This document shows positions 1 through 49,299 of a stretch of 64,000 nt of DNA, piece after piece. Under the pieces are notes generated by a model. The model did no database searches. It had not been told where the DNA came from and was given only the letters and a program-made list of their open reading frames with translations. The position numbers were made by a program, and so were the translations under genes. The stretch's first letter is position 1. The number at the start of each line of letters is the position of its first letter. The DNA comes from the human T2T-CHM13v2.0 reference genome, Homo sapiens, in NCBI RefSeq assembly GCF_009914755.1, contig NC_060928.1, one strand, 5' to 3'.

Positions 1-501
1 TGGATAAGAATTCAAAAATCCCCATAATCTATTCATTCTCTTTTGATCCAAAAGGACTTCTGATTACTCAATTTTATTCCCCTTCCAATTCTTCTAAGCT
101 AATCTTCTTGCTGTTTTGCAAACACACTATGTAAATGCAAATTTGCTGCTGCTGGCATTTGCTTTCAAGCTTCCTTCTCTTTATTTACCCAAGTTCTAAC
201 AATCCAGTCTGCAGGATTCAACTGTTTTGAGAAACTCAAAAACTTTAGTAATTATTTCTCTTTATCTTCTCTGAACTAATTTTTACAATAAACAGTCTGA
301 AAATAAATCATGTATTGTTTTTCTTTTTCTTTTCTTTCTTCTTTGTAAAAAAAAAATTAATGTGAGGGCTTGTTTCCCAACTAGAATTCAAGAGAAAGAA
401 ACAAGGATATAGTACATTTCTGTTGCAAGCAATTACCCTTTGAGTAAAGGGCATAGCAGGACAAGGGACATAACCTGAAGGTGACTTTGACTTGTCCTTA
501 A

Positions 502-907
502 TGACAGAGAGAGCAGGTAGCCAAGGATCCCCCAGAGAAACCCTGCCTTCAAGCCTAAAACAGCCTGAAGGCTGAAAAACCAGACTGCAGGGTCGGGCAT
601 GAGGCCCGTCCTTTTCCAACTGATTCTTTCTGATTAATGCCCACCTAAGCACTAGGAGGACAGAGTGGAGCCTCAGGACATTTGAGCGCCCTTTGCAGAG
701 GGGAGGAGACTGTCTTCTCTTATTCCTGGGTAGTGACTGGGATTCAATCTGTGAGATGGGGGCCTATTAATGGGAACCCTTCACGCTTTGCTGAGAGTGT
801 TTTCTCCTTTCCCCCCAATAAATTTTGTTCCCCCCTCATCCTTCAAAGTGTCTGTGTGTCTAACTTTTCATGGTCATGTGACAAGGACTCGGTTTTTTTC
901 TACAACA
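502..907 (+). mobile_element. Solo ERV1 LTR (MER4 group, MER83/MER61-like)
   Basis: TG...CA termini, 4-bp TSD TTAA (498-501/908-911), internal AATAAA; same family as the LTRs at 21479, 50636 and 56622. Confidence 0.85.
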
Positions 908-3185
908 TTAATAATGGCAGAAACTCTGCCAGTGATTTAGAAAAATATATTAATTTATTCAAGACATCTTAGTGGTAACTGACAGAAACCTGTATAACTG
1001 AATTGTATGCTGTGGTTTGTTAGCCTATGAATTTCTAAATGTCATTTAAAATTGACATTTGAATCCTTCGAGTTATTTTTTAAAATTAACTTACAGTCTT
1101 CTTTCTGCAGGCATTTAATTAGTGCACATGTGTACGATCTGATGAAATAATGGATTGGCATAAAAGTTGCCGGACACTATTATAGGAATAATTACTGGAC
1201 CAGTTATGGAAATTGTTGGGCACTTTGGTAGTGTTTAATGTTTTTTCTTATTTGTTCCCTACTCCTACTTCCAACTCTGGTAAAATTTATCTCAGTTGAT
1301 TCTAGTGAAAATTTGAGATACAAATCCCTTCTCATCTGACTTCTCTTCCTCCCATTTCTCATCCTTAACTCTGATTTTGGATATAGGCATTCCATTGAGA
1401 CCCTTTAAATTCTTGCTAAGTCTTGAGACTTCGAAGGAAACTTCCTATCACCTTAAATCTAAAGGTAATGTCTTACATGCCAACACTCACTCTGCCTTCA
1501 GATGAAGGCAGTGAAGCTCTACTAGGCTTTCAGAATGTTAGTAATGGAATGACTCAGTAAGATAAGCAACAAAGTAAATACAACAGTCCTTACATTAGGC
1601 ATCTTTTCTAAAGCTGGCCATTTATTTCTTGCTGACTACATACATTTATTTGTTTTCTGAATGATTTCAAATATTTGTTCTTTGTTCACGATAAAAAAAA
1701 TTGCATAAACCTCTGAGGATCGCTATTTATAGAAAAATAGTTAAAATACAATTCATTCACCAACACTTATCTGAAATCTATTCTTATTTAGAATACTCTT
1801 TCCCTAGTAACTATGACATTTACTGCGATTATCTTTTCACACCACAACAAAACAACCTAAGAAGCTGGTCAATATCTATATTAGGTAGATTGGCCAATAC
1901 CTACCTGAAAGTCATACAATATACCCTCCATCATGTTACAGGTGATAAAATATAAGTGTGACTGTTCATTCACCCTGTTGACTCTTTTGGCATCACAATT
2001 TCTGTAGCAGGTTTGCTATCTTCTGAATCCAATCAAAATTACACAGATACCCAGTCATCTTTCAGCTGCAGCTTCTTCCTACTTTTCCATGATTTCCTGT
2101 TCTCTAGGACATCTCAAATTCCATCTGCCCTTCAATGCCTACTGAGCTCTTACAGCAAAAAATCAATGCTCACAAATTAGTTTGGAAAAATCTTTATCAC
2201 AAGATAATGGGGGATTTCTGAATTTTTATGTGCTACTATTGATTGTATAAATTGGTACAGTTATGTCAGGGAGCAATTTGACAATATGTAGTCAAGATAA
2301 AGATGCATATACCACAACATTTTATCAATTTCACTTCCAGGTACATACCAAAAAGTAATGTATACAGAATTTCACTGCAGTATTTTTGCTATAAGTGGAA
2401 ATTTGGAACTATGTAAATATGCATTTGTAGGGGAAAATCAATCCATCAACCATAATATATGTATGGATGTAATTTTGTGCAACAGTTTAATAAACCACAT
2501 CTTTATTTGTTAACATGAACACACTTTAAACAGGTAAAATTGAAAAGTAGTTTTCAGACTAATGTACATAGCATGATTTCATATAAATAAAATAGGATGG
2601 AAATATGCCAAAATATAATGTTGGTTAAATCTGAGTTGTGTTAACCATGTCCAAAAATTTCATAGGTTTTTTTGTGATAATTCTTTACCACTTAAACTAC
2701 TTATTTCCTTCCTTATCCATTATTTGCCTGCCTTTGAGTAGGTTTTGCTAGGGATATTTAACTGCAGGTACAACTTTTCCAAACTTAATTTTGTTTTTTC
2801 CTTGGCATTCAATCTCCATGGATATGACATCAACAAGATTTTCAGGTACTTCCTTCCACAAACACATCTTCATTCTAGGATTATTGTCTACTCCTTTCAT
2901 TTATATTTAAGTCTATAAGTAAAGTCATAAATCTTTTATTATAACATATAACTTCAGTGGAGAGATTAAATTTTTATTTTATATACCATACCTCAGTTGA
3001 TTTGTTAACATGAACATGTTATTTCTCAAACCTTCCGGCACAGATTTTCTATATAACATGCATTTCCTGCTACTATGGTAGTTACCAGAGGCTTATGAAA
3101 CTTCAGGTTCCATCTGCAATAGGGGGAGCATAACCATAACTCAGCCTTCAAGAAATAAATTTTTTCAACAACATAAGATTTCAGG

Positions 3186-3527
3186 TGTGTTAGTCCGTTT
3201 TCACGCTGCTGATAAAGACATAGCCAAGACTGTGAAGAAAAAGAGATTTAACTGGACTTACAGTTTCACATGGCTGGGGAGGGCTCAGAATCATGGTGGG
3301 AGGCAAAAGACACTTCATACATACTGTCAGCAAGAAAAAAAATGAGGGAGATGCAAAAGCAAAAAGCCCTGATAAAACCATCAGATCTCATGAGACTTAT
3401 TCACTATCATGAGAACAGTATGGGGGAAACGGCCCCCATGATTCAAATTATCTCCCACAACACATGGGAATTATGGGAGTACAATTCAAGATGAGATATG
3501 GGTGGGACACAGAGACAAACCATATTA
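3186..3527 (-). mobile_element. Solo THE1 (MaLR) LTR
   Basis: Typical THE1 sequence (gctgataaagacata...aaaaccatcagatctcatgagacttattcac...gggtgggacacag); imperfect 5-bp TSD. Confidence 0.9.
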
Positions 3528-3716
3528 CTAGGTATCATTACGAAGCACTGACCATCTATTTCCCAACCAATTGAATGTACAATGGGAAAATTCCTTGTTC
3601 ATTCGCAGCACTCTGGCCAGGAAATAGCAATGTTACATGAGTGTTCTTACCAGAGAATCATTGACATTGGCTTAGTCCGTACATAATAGTCCTACAAATG
3701 TACTCCTCTAGCCTGA

Positions 3717-4062
<346 letters not shown>

Positions 4063-4090
4063 TAAATACACTTTTAAAAGCAGTTTTAGG

Positions 4091-4093
<3 letters not shown>

Positions 4094-4126
<33 letters not shown>
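4094..4126. repeat. (CA)n microsatellite
   Basis: Seen directly. Confidence 0.95.
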
Positions 4127-4127
<1 letters not shown>

Positions 4128-4129
<2 letters not shown>

Positions 4130-4610
4130 CTGAGTGAAAAATACAGAGCTCCCATATACCCCCTTAACCTACCACCCCCAGTTTCCCCTATTATTAACAT
4201 CTTGTATGATTGTGGTACTTTTGTTGCAATCGATGAGCCAATATTGATGCCTTATTACTAACTAAAGTCCATAGTTTATGTTAGGATTCACTCTTTGTGT
4301 TGTACATTCTATGGGTTTTGACAAATGCATAATTACATGTGTCTAACATTACAGTATCATACAGACTAGTTTCACTGCCCTAAAAATCCCGTGTGCTCCA
4401 TCTATTCATTTTTCCCTCCTTCCCTCAAGCTCCTGTCAATCACTGATATTTCAAAATTCTTTATGGTTTCAATAGTTTTGTCTTCCCTGGCATGCTATAT
4501 CGGTGGAATCCTATGGTATGTAGCCTTTTCACATTGGTATCTTTCACTTAGCAATATGCCTTTAATGTTCTTTCATGTCTTTTCATGGCTTGATAGCTCA
4601 TTTATTTTTA
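4128..4610 (-). mobile_element. Old L1M 3' fragment
   Basis: L1M 3'UTR-like motifs (gatgagccaatattgat...actaaagtccatagttta...tttcacttagcaatatgc). Confidence 0.7.
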
Positions 4611-5991
4611 TGTTGCTGCTCTATTATTGCAATCAAGATCTTATCAAATCCTTCCTGACTGAGGATATGTGCTCTTTCCAAGGATGTTTGGGAAGGGGAT
4701 GCTCCATTAGTGTAGAAACATCTATTGTCCCTTGTATCTCTACATTATCTTTTCAGGCAGCTTCCAGTAATGCCAGGTCCCCTGGGTCCTTTATGAATAT
4801 TCTGTGGGTGAATCGCCAGTGATAAATGGATATACAGAAGTATGAATATGATCAACATAACTTGAGGGAAAAAAAACCCAAATTGTGATTCCAACCTGCT
4901 CTTCTTTTAGGCAGGTCATCAAGGGATACTGATTGATACACTTTCTTTGAATAACTCAAACAGAGTTGTTGGGTTAACTTCAGAGTTTGCCTTCAGGTCA
5001 CTTCTCCACTTTTGGGGAAAAGCAAATCCAGGGGTTATCTCAGCATGGATCCTGACCCATACCCCACCTTGAGAGAATTAAGAGTCTTAACTATCTTGCT
5101 CTGAGGCTCTCTCTCAGGAAAAGAATAATAGCATCCTTTCCCATTTGTCATTGAGGTGCTCTCTTCCCATCTCTCACAGTTTCTCCCTTTCCATTTTCAC
5201 CTGTCTCATCTCAGACTTGTCCTCTTCAGGTGAGATTTTTCTCATTCAGTCATTCTACCATCTACAGGCAAGTAGCAGAAACAGCCTTCCTTGAACATCC
5301 CCTTTTGTCCATTTTCAAGAAGGAGTACTGTTAGAAAGGTAAAGATTACTGGACTATTCCTACCAGAGGCACTGGGCCAGCATTTCCAGCCAGTCCTCCA
5401 TTAGCCACATGATGTGGAGTCCTCACTCGATCTATCTGTTCCCTTGGTAATATTTATACTTTCTGAAGAATCAGCATAATGTTTGCATGGTGATTCTTCC
5501 CAGGATGCAGGGCACACAAGTGCAATCCCAGAGCTGGTACAACTCTATGAAGTAAAATAAGAAAAATGTTTTTGAGGCGAGAAAGTCAGAGAGTATCCTT
5601 GGACCTTCATCCTCATCCCCATATCCCAGAAACTGTTTCAAAGGTGTTCCTGCTCCACTATCCCTCATATTCAGATAAGGTATTTACTCAGGAGTCAGCT
5701 CAGCTCTTCATGCCTCTAGCACATTCTTCCCATATTTTAGTAAAGGTGTTTTCATTCCACTTTGAAGGTGGTAGGGGATATAATAACAAACAATGTTAAG
5801 CTTCTTACCTCATGTAGGTACATACTAATAGCAGTGGCATGTCACCTTGTAAATAAAATGTAGTTGGTGGGAACCAAGCTGATCGACAATCTGTTTTTCC
5901 AAACCTTTAAGGAGGCTTAAATTTAATAATCTCCATTCTCAGCTAGTTAGCTCTTCCATGACATCAACCCCATTTTATCTCTTTCAAAATA

Positions 5992-6517
5992 CAGTTGCCC
6001 TTTGAACAACATGGGTTTGAACCGCACTACATGGCTTTTCTTCCACCTCTGCCACCCCTGAGATGGCAAGACGAACCCTTGCCCTGTCTCCTCCTCCTCA
6101 GCCTACTCAACATGAAGAAGACAGGATGGAGGGCTTCATAATGATCCACTTCCACTTAATGAGTAGTAAACGTGTTTTCTTTTCTTCATGATTGTCTTAA
6201 TAACATTTTCTTTTCTCTAGCTAACTTTATTTTAAGAATACAGTGTATAGGCTGGGCACGGTGGCTCATGCCTGTAATCCCAGCACTTTGGGAGGCTGAG
6301 GCGGGAGGATCACGAGGTCAGGAGATCAAGACCATCCTGGCTAACACGATGAAACCTCATCTCTACTAAATTAGCCGTGTGTGGTGGTGGGCGCCTGTAA
6401 CCCAGCTACTCGGGAGGCTGAGGCAGGAGAATGGTGTGAACTCAGGAGGCAGAGTTTGCAGTGAGCCGAGATCCCACCACTGCACTCCAGCCTGGGCAAA
6501 AGAGTGAGACTCTGTCT

Positions 6518-6553
<36 letters not shown>

Positions 6554-6739
6554 ATACAGTGTGTAATACATATAACATATAAAATATGTGTTAATTGACT
6601 GTTGGTGTTATTGGTAAGGCTTCCGGTCAACAGTAGGCTACTAGTAGTTAACTTTTGGATGAGTCCGTAATGATATGTGGACTTTGCACTGAACAGGGGC
6701 TTGGTGCTCCCAACCCTTGTATTGTTCAAGGGTCAACTG
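5992..6739 (+). mobile_element. Tigger2a/MER28-type DNA transposon interrupted by an Alu
   Basis: Terminal inverted repeats cagttgccctttgaacaa / ttgttcaagggtcaactg. Confidence 0.85.
6250..6551 (+). mobile_element. AluY-like element with shortened middle A-linker and long pure A tail
   Basis: Alu consensus; TSD aagaatacagtgt. Confidence 0.95.
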
Positions 6740-7012
6740 CATATGTATTTGTCGTTTTCTTATCCCAGGAATATTGGAAGATAAATTCATGAGCCATATG
6801 TGATACTTAATATTTCTTAAAATACAGACTTCCTCAAGTTCAAAAAATAGGAGCGTTTTCTCAATTATATTCTGCTACTTGACCCATTTTATGTTAGACA
6901 CAACAAAATTTGTGGAGTCTTTCTATGAATCATTCAAAATACAAATTGTTTCAAGATTTTTCAATATATTGAAAAAAAGGGGTAAGAATGGTATCTTCTA
7001 GCTGAGTTTATT

Positions 7013-7150
7013 AAGGGGTGTCCAACCTTTTGGCTTCCCTGGGCATCACTGAAAGAAGAATTTTCTTGGGCCACACATAAAATACACTAACACTAATGAT
7101 AGCTAATGAGATGGAAAAAAAAAACATCCATACATCATTTTCATAATCTC
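7013..7150 (+). mobile_element. MER30-like hAT fragment
   Basis: ggggtgtccaaccttttggcttccctggg...ttgggccacacataaaatacactaac. Confidence 0.7.
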
Positions 7151-7231
7151 CGCCACTACAGATAAGCAAAAAAGTTATTTCATTCAAAGGGTTACACATG
7201 GCTATAATTAGAATCAATATTTGGATAAGTA

Positions 7232-7537
7232 GGCCGGGCCTGGAGGCTCACGCCTATAATCCCAGCATTTGGGGAGGCTGAGGTGGGTGAATCACTTGAG
7301 GTCAGGAGTTCGAGACCAGCCTAGCCAATGTGGTGAAACCCCATCTCTACTACAAATACAAAAATTAGCCAGGTGTGGTGGCAGGTATCTGTAATCCCAG
7401 CTACTTGGGAGGCTGAGGTAGGAGAATCGTTTGAACCCTGGAGGCAGAGGTTGCAGCGTAGGTTGCAGTGGCTGAGATCACACCACTACACTCTAGCCTG
7501 GGCGAAAGAGCAAGACTCCATCTCAAAAAAGAAAAGA
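7232..7537 (+). mobile_element. Alu (AluS)
   Basis: Full dimer consensus with A tail. Confidence 0.95.
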
Positions 7538-8401
7538 TAAATAGAGGAATTGCAATAAAGTCAGAAGCTGCATGCCACATCTATGGGAGAATTTCTCCAG
7601 AGTATTTACCCAAGATTGAGATTTCTGAGTCATGAGATATTTGTATTCCTAATGTCAGTACCATGAAATTGCACTGGCCTCATTCCCACAGAACTAGCAC
7701 TTGCTTATCATTAAGCTGGAAAACAATATCAAGACTTTTAGGAGTTATTCTCTTACATCTGGGAGAAATTGCAATACCACCAAGAATAAATTAGGGGATA
7801 GATTCTTTGACTTGATTATTATTTCTTAAATATGTTTGAGAAATCTTCTAAAAGTCACCTTTAATTGAATATTCTGAGACACCGAAAGTACATCTATTAC
7901 CCGAGTGGGAGAGAGAACACTGAAACTCCTGAGTTTCCTCTCTGGACTAAATATGTAAATAGAAGTACTTGGGAAAAAAATGAGAAAATGCCATGTATTT
8001 TCAAGATAGTACAGATTTAACTTTATTTTCATTTAGATTGATGTTAAGTACCACCTGTATGGGAAACAGATTTCTGTCCCTCCGAAAGTCATTTACAATA
8101 GAACACTCCAGATAAAAGGGAAAAAAAAGTATGTTGAATCTTAATGAAAATAAAAATTCTTTAAAACTTTATAAAGCATAAATTATACATATCATTTCTT
8201 GAATAAAGAAATATTTTGTTTCCTCATGTATAGTTTATTTATTGGGTCTAGTTTACATATTTAGTCATAAAAAATGTCTCTTTTCCACTACACCAATATT
8301 CATTCATTGAGAAACATTTATGAGATGTCTATTACATAATCTTGACTGTTCTAGGTGGAGGGAACACAAAGGTGAAAAAGATAATTCCTATTTCTTTATT
8401 T

Positions 8402-8402
8402 C

Positions 8403-8433
<31 letters not shown>

Positions 8434-8487
8434 TATACACATATATATATACATACACATATATATATACACATATATATACACACA
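8402..8487. repeat. (TA)n/(TACA) compound microsatellite just 3' of ASIC5
   Basis: Seen directly. Confidence 0.95.
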
Positions 8488-8531
8488 GACAAAGACAAAT
8501 AGAAAGAAATATATATGAAGAGATACATATC

Positions 8532-8537
8532 TTTAAT
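8532..8537 (-). terminator. Candidate ASIC5 poly(A) signal ATTAAA (alternatives AATAAA at 8628-8633 and 8395-8400)
   Basis: Hexamer about 110 nt after the stop, followed on the minus strand by U/GU-rich sequence (tttctttctattttgtctttgtctgtgtg). Confidence 0.55.
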
Positions 8538-8644
8538 GGCTTTTATCGAACTCTCAAAACTATAGAAAAGTGACGTAACAATGAATTAGTCAAGATAAAT
8601 CTGAAGGTATCATGAAAAGGAAACTATTTTATTCTAAGTGACCA

Positions 8645-44934
<36,290 letters not shown>

Positions 44935-45006
44935 TTGTGATTTCAGTTAAGCAAGAGTCCTCAGGGTAACCCAATTTTCATCAATAACAGTATTCATTTT
45001 GTGCCC

Positions 45007-45014
45007 TTTATATA
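45007..45014 (-). promoter_or_regulatory. TATA box of ASIC5 (TATATAAA), implying a TSS near 44980
   Basis: Minus strand reads TATATAAAGGG about 75 nt upstream of the ATG. Confidence 0.7.
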
Positions 45015-45944
45015 AAATACAGCAGTTGAGGTTGTAAAACATGGAAGCAATTTAAATGTTTGTGTTGCTATGTTTTGCCTCATAAAGCACATAATCTGAA
45101 AACCAAAAATGTTGACAGAACCAGGTATGGGCATTTATGGACTGATGAGAAGCTAACCCAGAGTGATTTCATGAGTGAAAAGCAAAAAGTATCATTAGGA
45201 AACCATTTTCTCACAGTTAAAGGGACACTTCCTATCAAATATGTGTAGTTAAGCAGCAGCCCCTGACCAGGCTAGTTGACACTCCAATGACTCACCCGGG
45301 AACGTCTTCTTAGCTTTTCTTTTTACCTTTGTCTTTATTCAACTTCAAATCAAAACGCAGCTGGAATAAATTTTTTTTTATGGGAAAGGTGTCTTCCCTT
45401 GTCGGTGTTTCTTTCTTAGTAACAGAAGCTGTTTCTAACAGAAATAATAGCCAATAAACATGACAAAATAAAACACCAAAAAATATCTGCTCAAGAATAA
45501 ATGATTACTGAAAACAAACAACTTACTAAAACATAAAGTCTGATTATTTTTTATATGAACACTTTTGGAAAATTGTTAGAATTTATTATATTGAATAATA
45601 AATGGAAGAATGTGCATTATTGTGCATAAAGGGCATCATCTCTTGACAGAATTCAGTGATTGCATGTATCTGTACCTAATAGAGCTTGTTAGACTCACCA
45701 TTTTATAAGCATCTCACCATTAATCATCAGTAGGATTACGTATATTTTGCATATATTTGGAAACTTGTAAACTCAGCACTATAAGTTCAAACTAGTCTTA
45801 TACGGAGGCAAACTAATTCCAAGTGATGTAAGTAAGGAATCTGGCTAGAGGTCCTCAGTTATCACAGTAAAGATTTCAGGAATAGGATAAATTTCATGAT
45901 ATATGAATTTCTCCATTAAAGAGCTCTTCTTTAGGGTTAAATTA

Positions 45945-47312
45945 TGTATTATTCTGTTCTCACACTGCTGATAAAGACATATTCAAGACTGGGTAATTTA
46001 GAAAGAGGTTTAATTGACTCACAGTTTCACATAGCTGGGAAGACCACGCAATCATGGTGGAAGGTGAAAGAGGAGCAAAGTTACATCTAACATGGAGGCA
46101 GGCAAGAGAGTTTGTGTAGGGGAACTTCCCTTCATAAAACTATCAGATCTCTTGAGACTGTTTCACTCTCATGAGAACAGCATGGGAAAGACCCGCCTCC
46201 ATGATTCAATTAACTCTCACAGGGTCCCTCCCACAGAACATGGGAATTATGGAAGCTATAATTAAAGATGAGATTTGGGTGGGGACACAGTCAAATCATT
46301 TCATTCTGCCCCTAGCCCCTGCCAAATCTCATGTCTTCACATTGTTCAAAGCCAATCATGTCTTCCCAAAAGTGCCCCAAGTCTTAACCCATTTCAGCAT
46401 TAACTCAAAATTTTGTAGTCCAAAGACTTACCTGAGACAAGGCAAGTCCCTTCTGTCTATGAGTGTGTAAAATCAAAAGCAAGTTAGTTACTTCCTAGAT
46501 ACAACGGAGTACAGGTATTAGGTAAATACACTCATTTCCAAATGAGAGAAATTGGCACAAATAAAAGGGCTATGGGGCCCATGCAAGTCTAAAATCCAAT
46601 AGGGCAGTCATTAAGCTTTAAAGTTCCAAAATGATCTCCTTTGACTCCATGTCTCACATCCAGGTCATGCTGATGCAAGAGGTGGGCTCCCATGGCCTTG
46701 GGCAGCTCCAAACCCTGTGGCTTTGCAGGGTATAGCCCCCCTCCTGGATGCTTTCATGGGCTGGCATTGAGTGTCTGGAGCTTTTCCAGGTGCATGGTGC
46801 AAGCTATTGATGGAGCTAACATTCTGGGGTCTGGAGAACAGTGGCCCTCTTCTCACAGCCCTCTTCTCACTCTTTGTGGGGGCTCCAACCCCACATTTCC
46901 CTCCTGCACTGCCCTAGCAGAGGTTCTCCATGAGGGCCCTGCCCCTGTAGCACTCTTCTGCCTGAACATCCAGGTGTTTCCATATATCATCTGAAATCTA
47001 GGTGAAGGTTCCCAAATCTAAATTCTTGACTTCTGTGCACCTACATGCTCAACATCACATGGAAGCTGCCAAGGCTTTGGGCTTGCACCCTCTGAAGCCA
47101 TGGCCTGAGTTGTACCTTGGCCCTTTTAGCCATGGCTGGAACAGCTGGGAAACAGGACACCAAGATCCTAAGCTGCTCATAGCAGGGGGACCCTGGTCCT
47201 GGCCCACAAAACCATTTTTTTCTCCTAGGCCTCTGGGCCTGTGATGGGAGGGGCTGCCATAAAGGTCTCTGACATGTCCTGAAGACATTTTCCCCACTAT
47301 CTTGCTGATTAA
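45945..47312 (-). mobile_element. THE1 LTR (45945-46303) plus truncated THE1 internal region, sense to ASIC5
   Basis: THE1 LTR consensus followed by a MaLR internal region homologous to 57128-58360. Confidence 0.9.
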
Positions 47313-48941
47313 CAAATAATAAGGGGAAAGCAAGCTTCTTCTTAAACTTATTTACTCAAATTTGTTCCTCTCTTCTATGATATTTAAAAACAGTAAATGT
47401 ATTTGCTCTTTCTCACACAAATCTGGTAACTCCTCATCTCTCTTTTACTTTAAAATTAGCTTTTAAACACTTTTCTCCTTCTGTCTTTAGCTTTGAAAGT
47501 ACTTCATTCTCACTTCTACCTTATTACTGATTTTGGTAAATTTAAATTCCATCTTCTCTGTTGAGTTAGGAAATCTCCTTCCATTTTCCTTCATCTCCCC
47601 TAATTGAAATCAAAGCCAGTATCCTCTTCACAGTTATACCTTGCTTCTCCTTTGTGACCTCAAGTTCCTTAACTTTCTAAGATATCTCATTAAAAACAAA
47701 TATGGAAGTGCCCACTTTCCTTCCTTCTACTTCATCTGGTCATTAAAGTTGTTTTGAATAGCAAATGTGTTTGACAAAGGTAGATTTTCATTGAGAGGGA
47801 CTTGTAAAAAAAAAATAAGAAAAAAATTTAAAAAGATAGATTTCAAATTTTCTTCCTCTCTCCCATACCACCCAAATACCTACACACATAAGGTAGGTAA
47901 TTACATGACAAAACAAAACCCAGTGAAAATCTAGAGTTCTGAATAATTATTATCCAATACCTCTGAACAGGTAGCATCAACAATAACAAGAAAAAAAAAC
48001 TACCTATTAGTGTTAATAAATGCAAAGGATGAAATTAAAAAGCATGCATAGAAAAACAATGCAACCAACTTTTATCTGACCCTGCATTTGAAATTAGAGC
48101 CTAAGCAACATTAAAAACAATATGCAGTGTCTAGAGGAGTATATTCTTTCTGACCCATTACCAGTTATATAGACACATAAATATGTGTTAGTCAAATATT
48201 TCCTGTTAATTCTATTTTTAAAAAGTCTTATGTGTTTTAATACAAATTTTGATTCTGTTAAATTGGCATATATCTAAAGGTATAAAAAATCTTTGACTAA
48301 TACTTTTTAATTTAGCTTTAAATTAAAATTTTATATTTTATTTTCTGTTGGTGATACATGACCATTAATAATGATATAATTAATCTTTTTAGATTTAGAC
48401 AAACAAGATAGTGCCTACAAGGCCTGCAAACAAAGACAATCTAAGGAATGCTTTTTTAAAAATCTGAAATAGATATTTTATTCTTAATCTCAGAAGGAAA
48501 AACCAAAGCAACCTCACAGCTTAGAATGTTTTTAAAGTAATAAATAGTTCAGTGGTGTCTTGCTTTGGGTCTGTAATAATACAAAAGACAGAACTAATAG
48601 GGCCATTTCTGTTATGGACTATGCATAAGTGTTGTTGGTTAGTGTTTTTATTACAATATTTTTATAGAGCTCTAGGTGGAAGAAATTAGCCACGGTATAT
48701 CTATTCAAAGCAAACAAATTCATGCATCTGAAATAATTCCATGTAGTGAGGAAAGAGACTACAAAATATCAAATCCAGTACTTATTATCATTCCCCACCC
48801 TCATCTATTTAACAATGGAAGCTCAGAAATAAGGAGAAAGAATGGAAGTTCTACAAAGGAAGGACTTTTTGCCTGTTTTGTTTGTTTAGCTATCCAACTG
48901 CAAAGAAAAATGATGCTCAATGAGTGAGTAAGTCCGTCCCT

Positions 48942-49231
48942 GGGCTGGGCGTAGTAGCTCACACTTGTAATCTGAGCACTTTGGGAGGCCAAAGTGGGGA
49001 GATCACGTGAGGTGAGGAGTTCGAGACCAGCCTGGAAAACATGGGGAAACCTTATCTCTACTAAAAATACAAAAATTAGCTCAGCCTTGTGGTGCACACC
49101 TGTAATCCCAGCTACTCAGGAGGCTGAGGCATGAGAATCACTTGAACCCAGGAGGCAGAGGTTACAGTAAGCTGGAATCAGACCACTGCACTCCAGACTA
49201 GGTGACAGAGCAAGATTCAGCCTCAAAAAAA
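48942..49231 (+). mobile_element. Alu (AluS)
   Basis: Consensus dimer. Confidence 0.93.
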
Positions 49232-49299
49232 TTTTTTTCAAAAAAAGAAGTTTGTCCTTTTTATTGCATATTATGATGAAAATTATTGTAATTTTTCAA

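Noticed and set aside
308-972. ORFs of 114 and 96 aa, and similar ORFs at 21623-22139, 50806-51254 and 56787-57014 sharing 'FQPSGCFRLEGRVS'
   Set aside because: The apparent paralogous peptide family is just translation of the same LTR family; there is no gene structure.
4391-4822. 143-aa hydrophobic ORF
   Set aside because: Mostly antisense T-rich L1 sequence with a GTG start; hydrophobicity is compositional.
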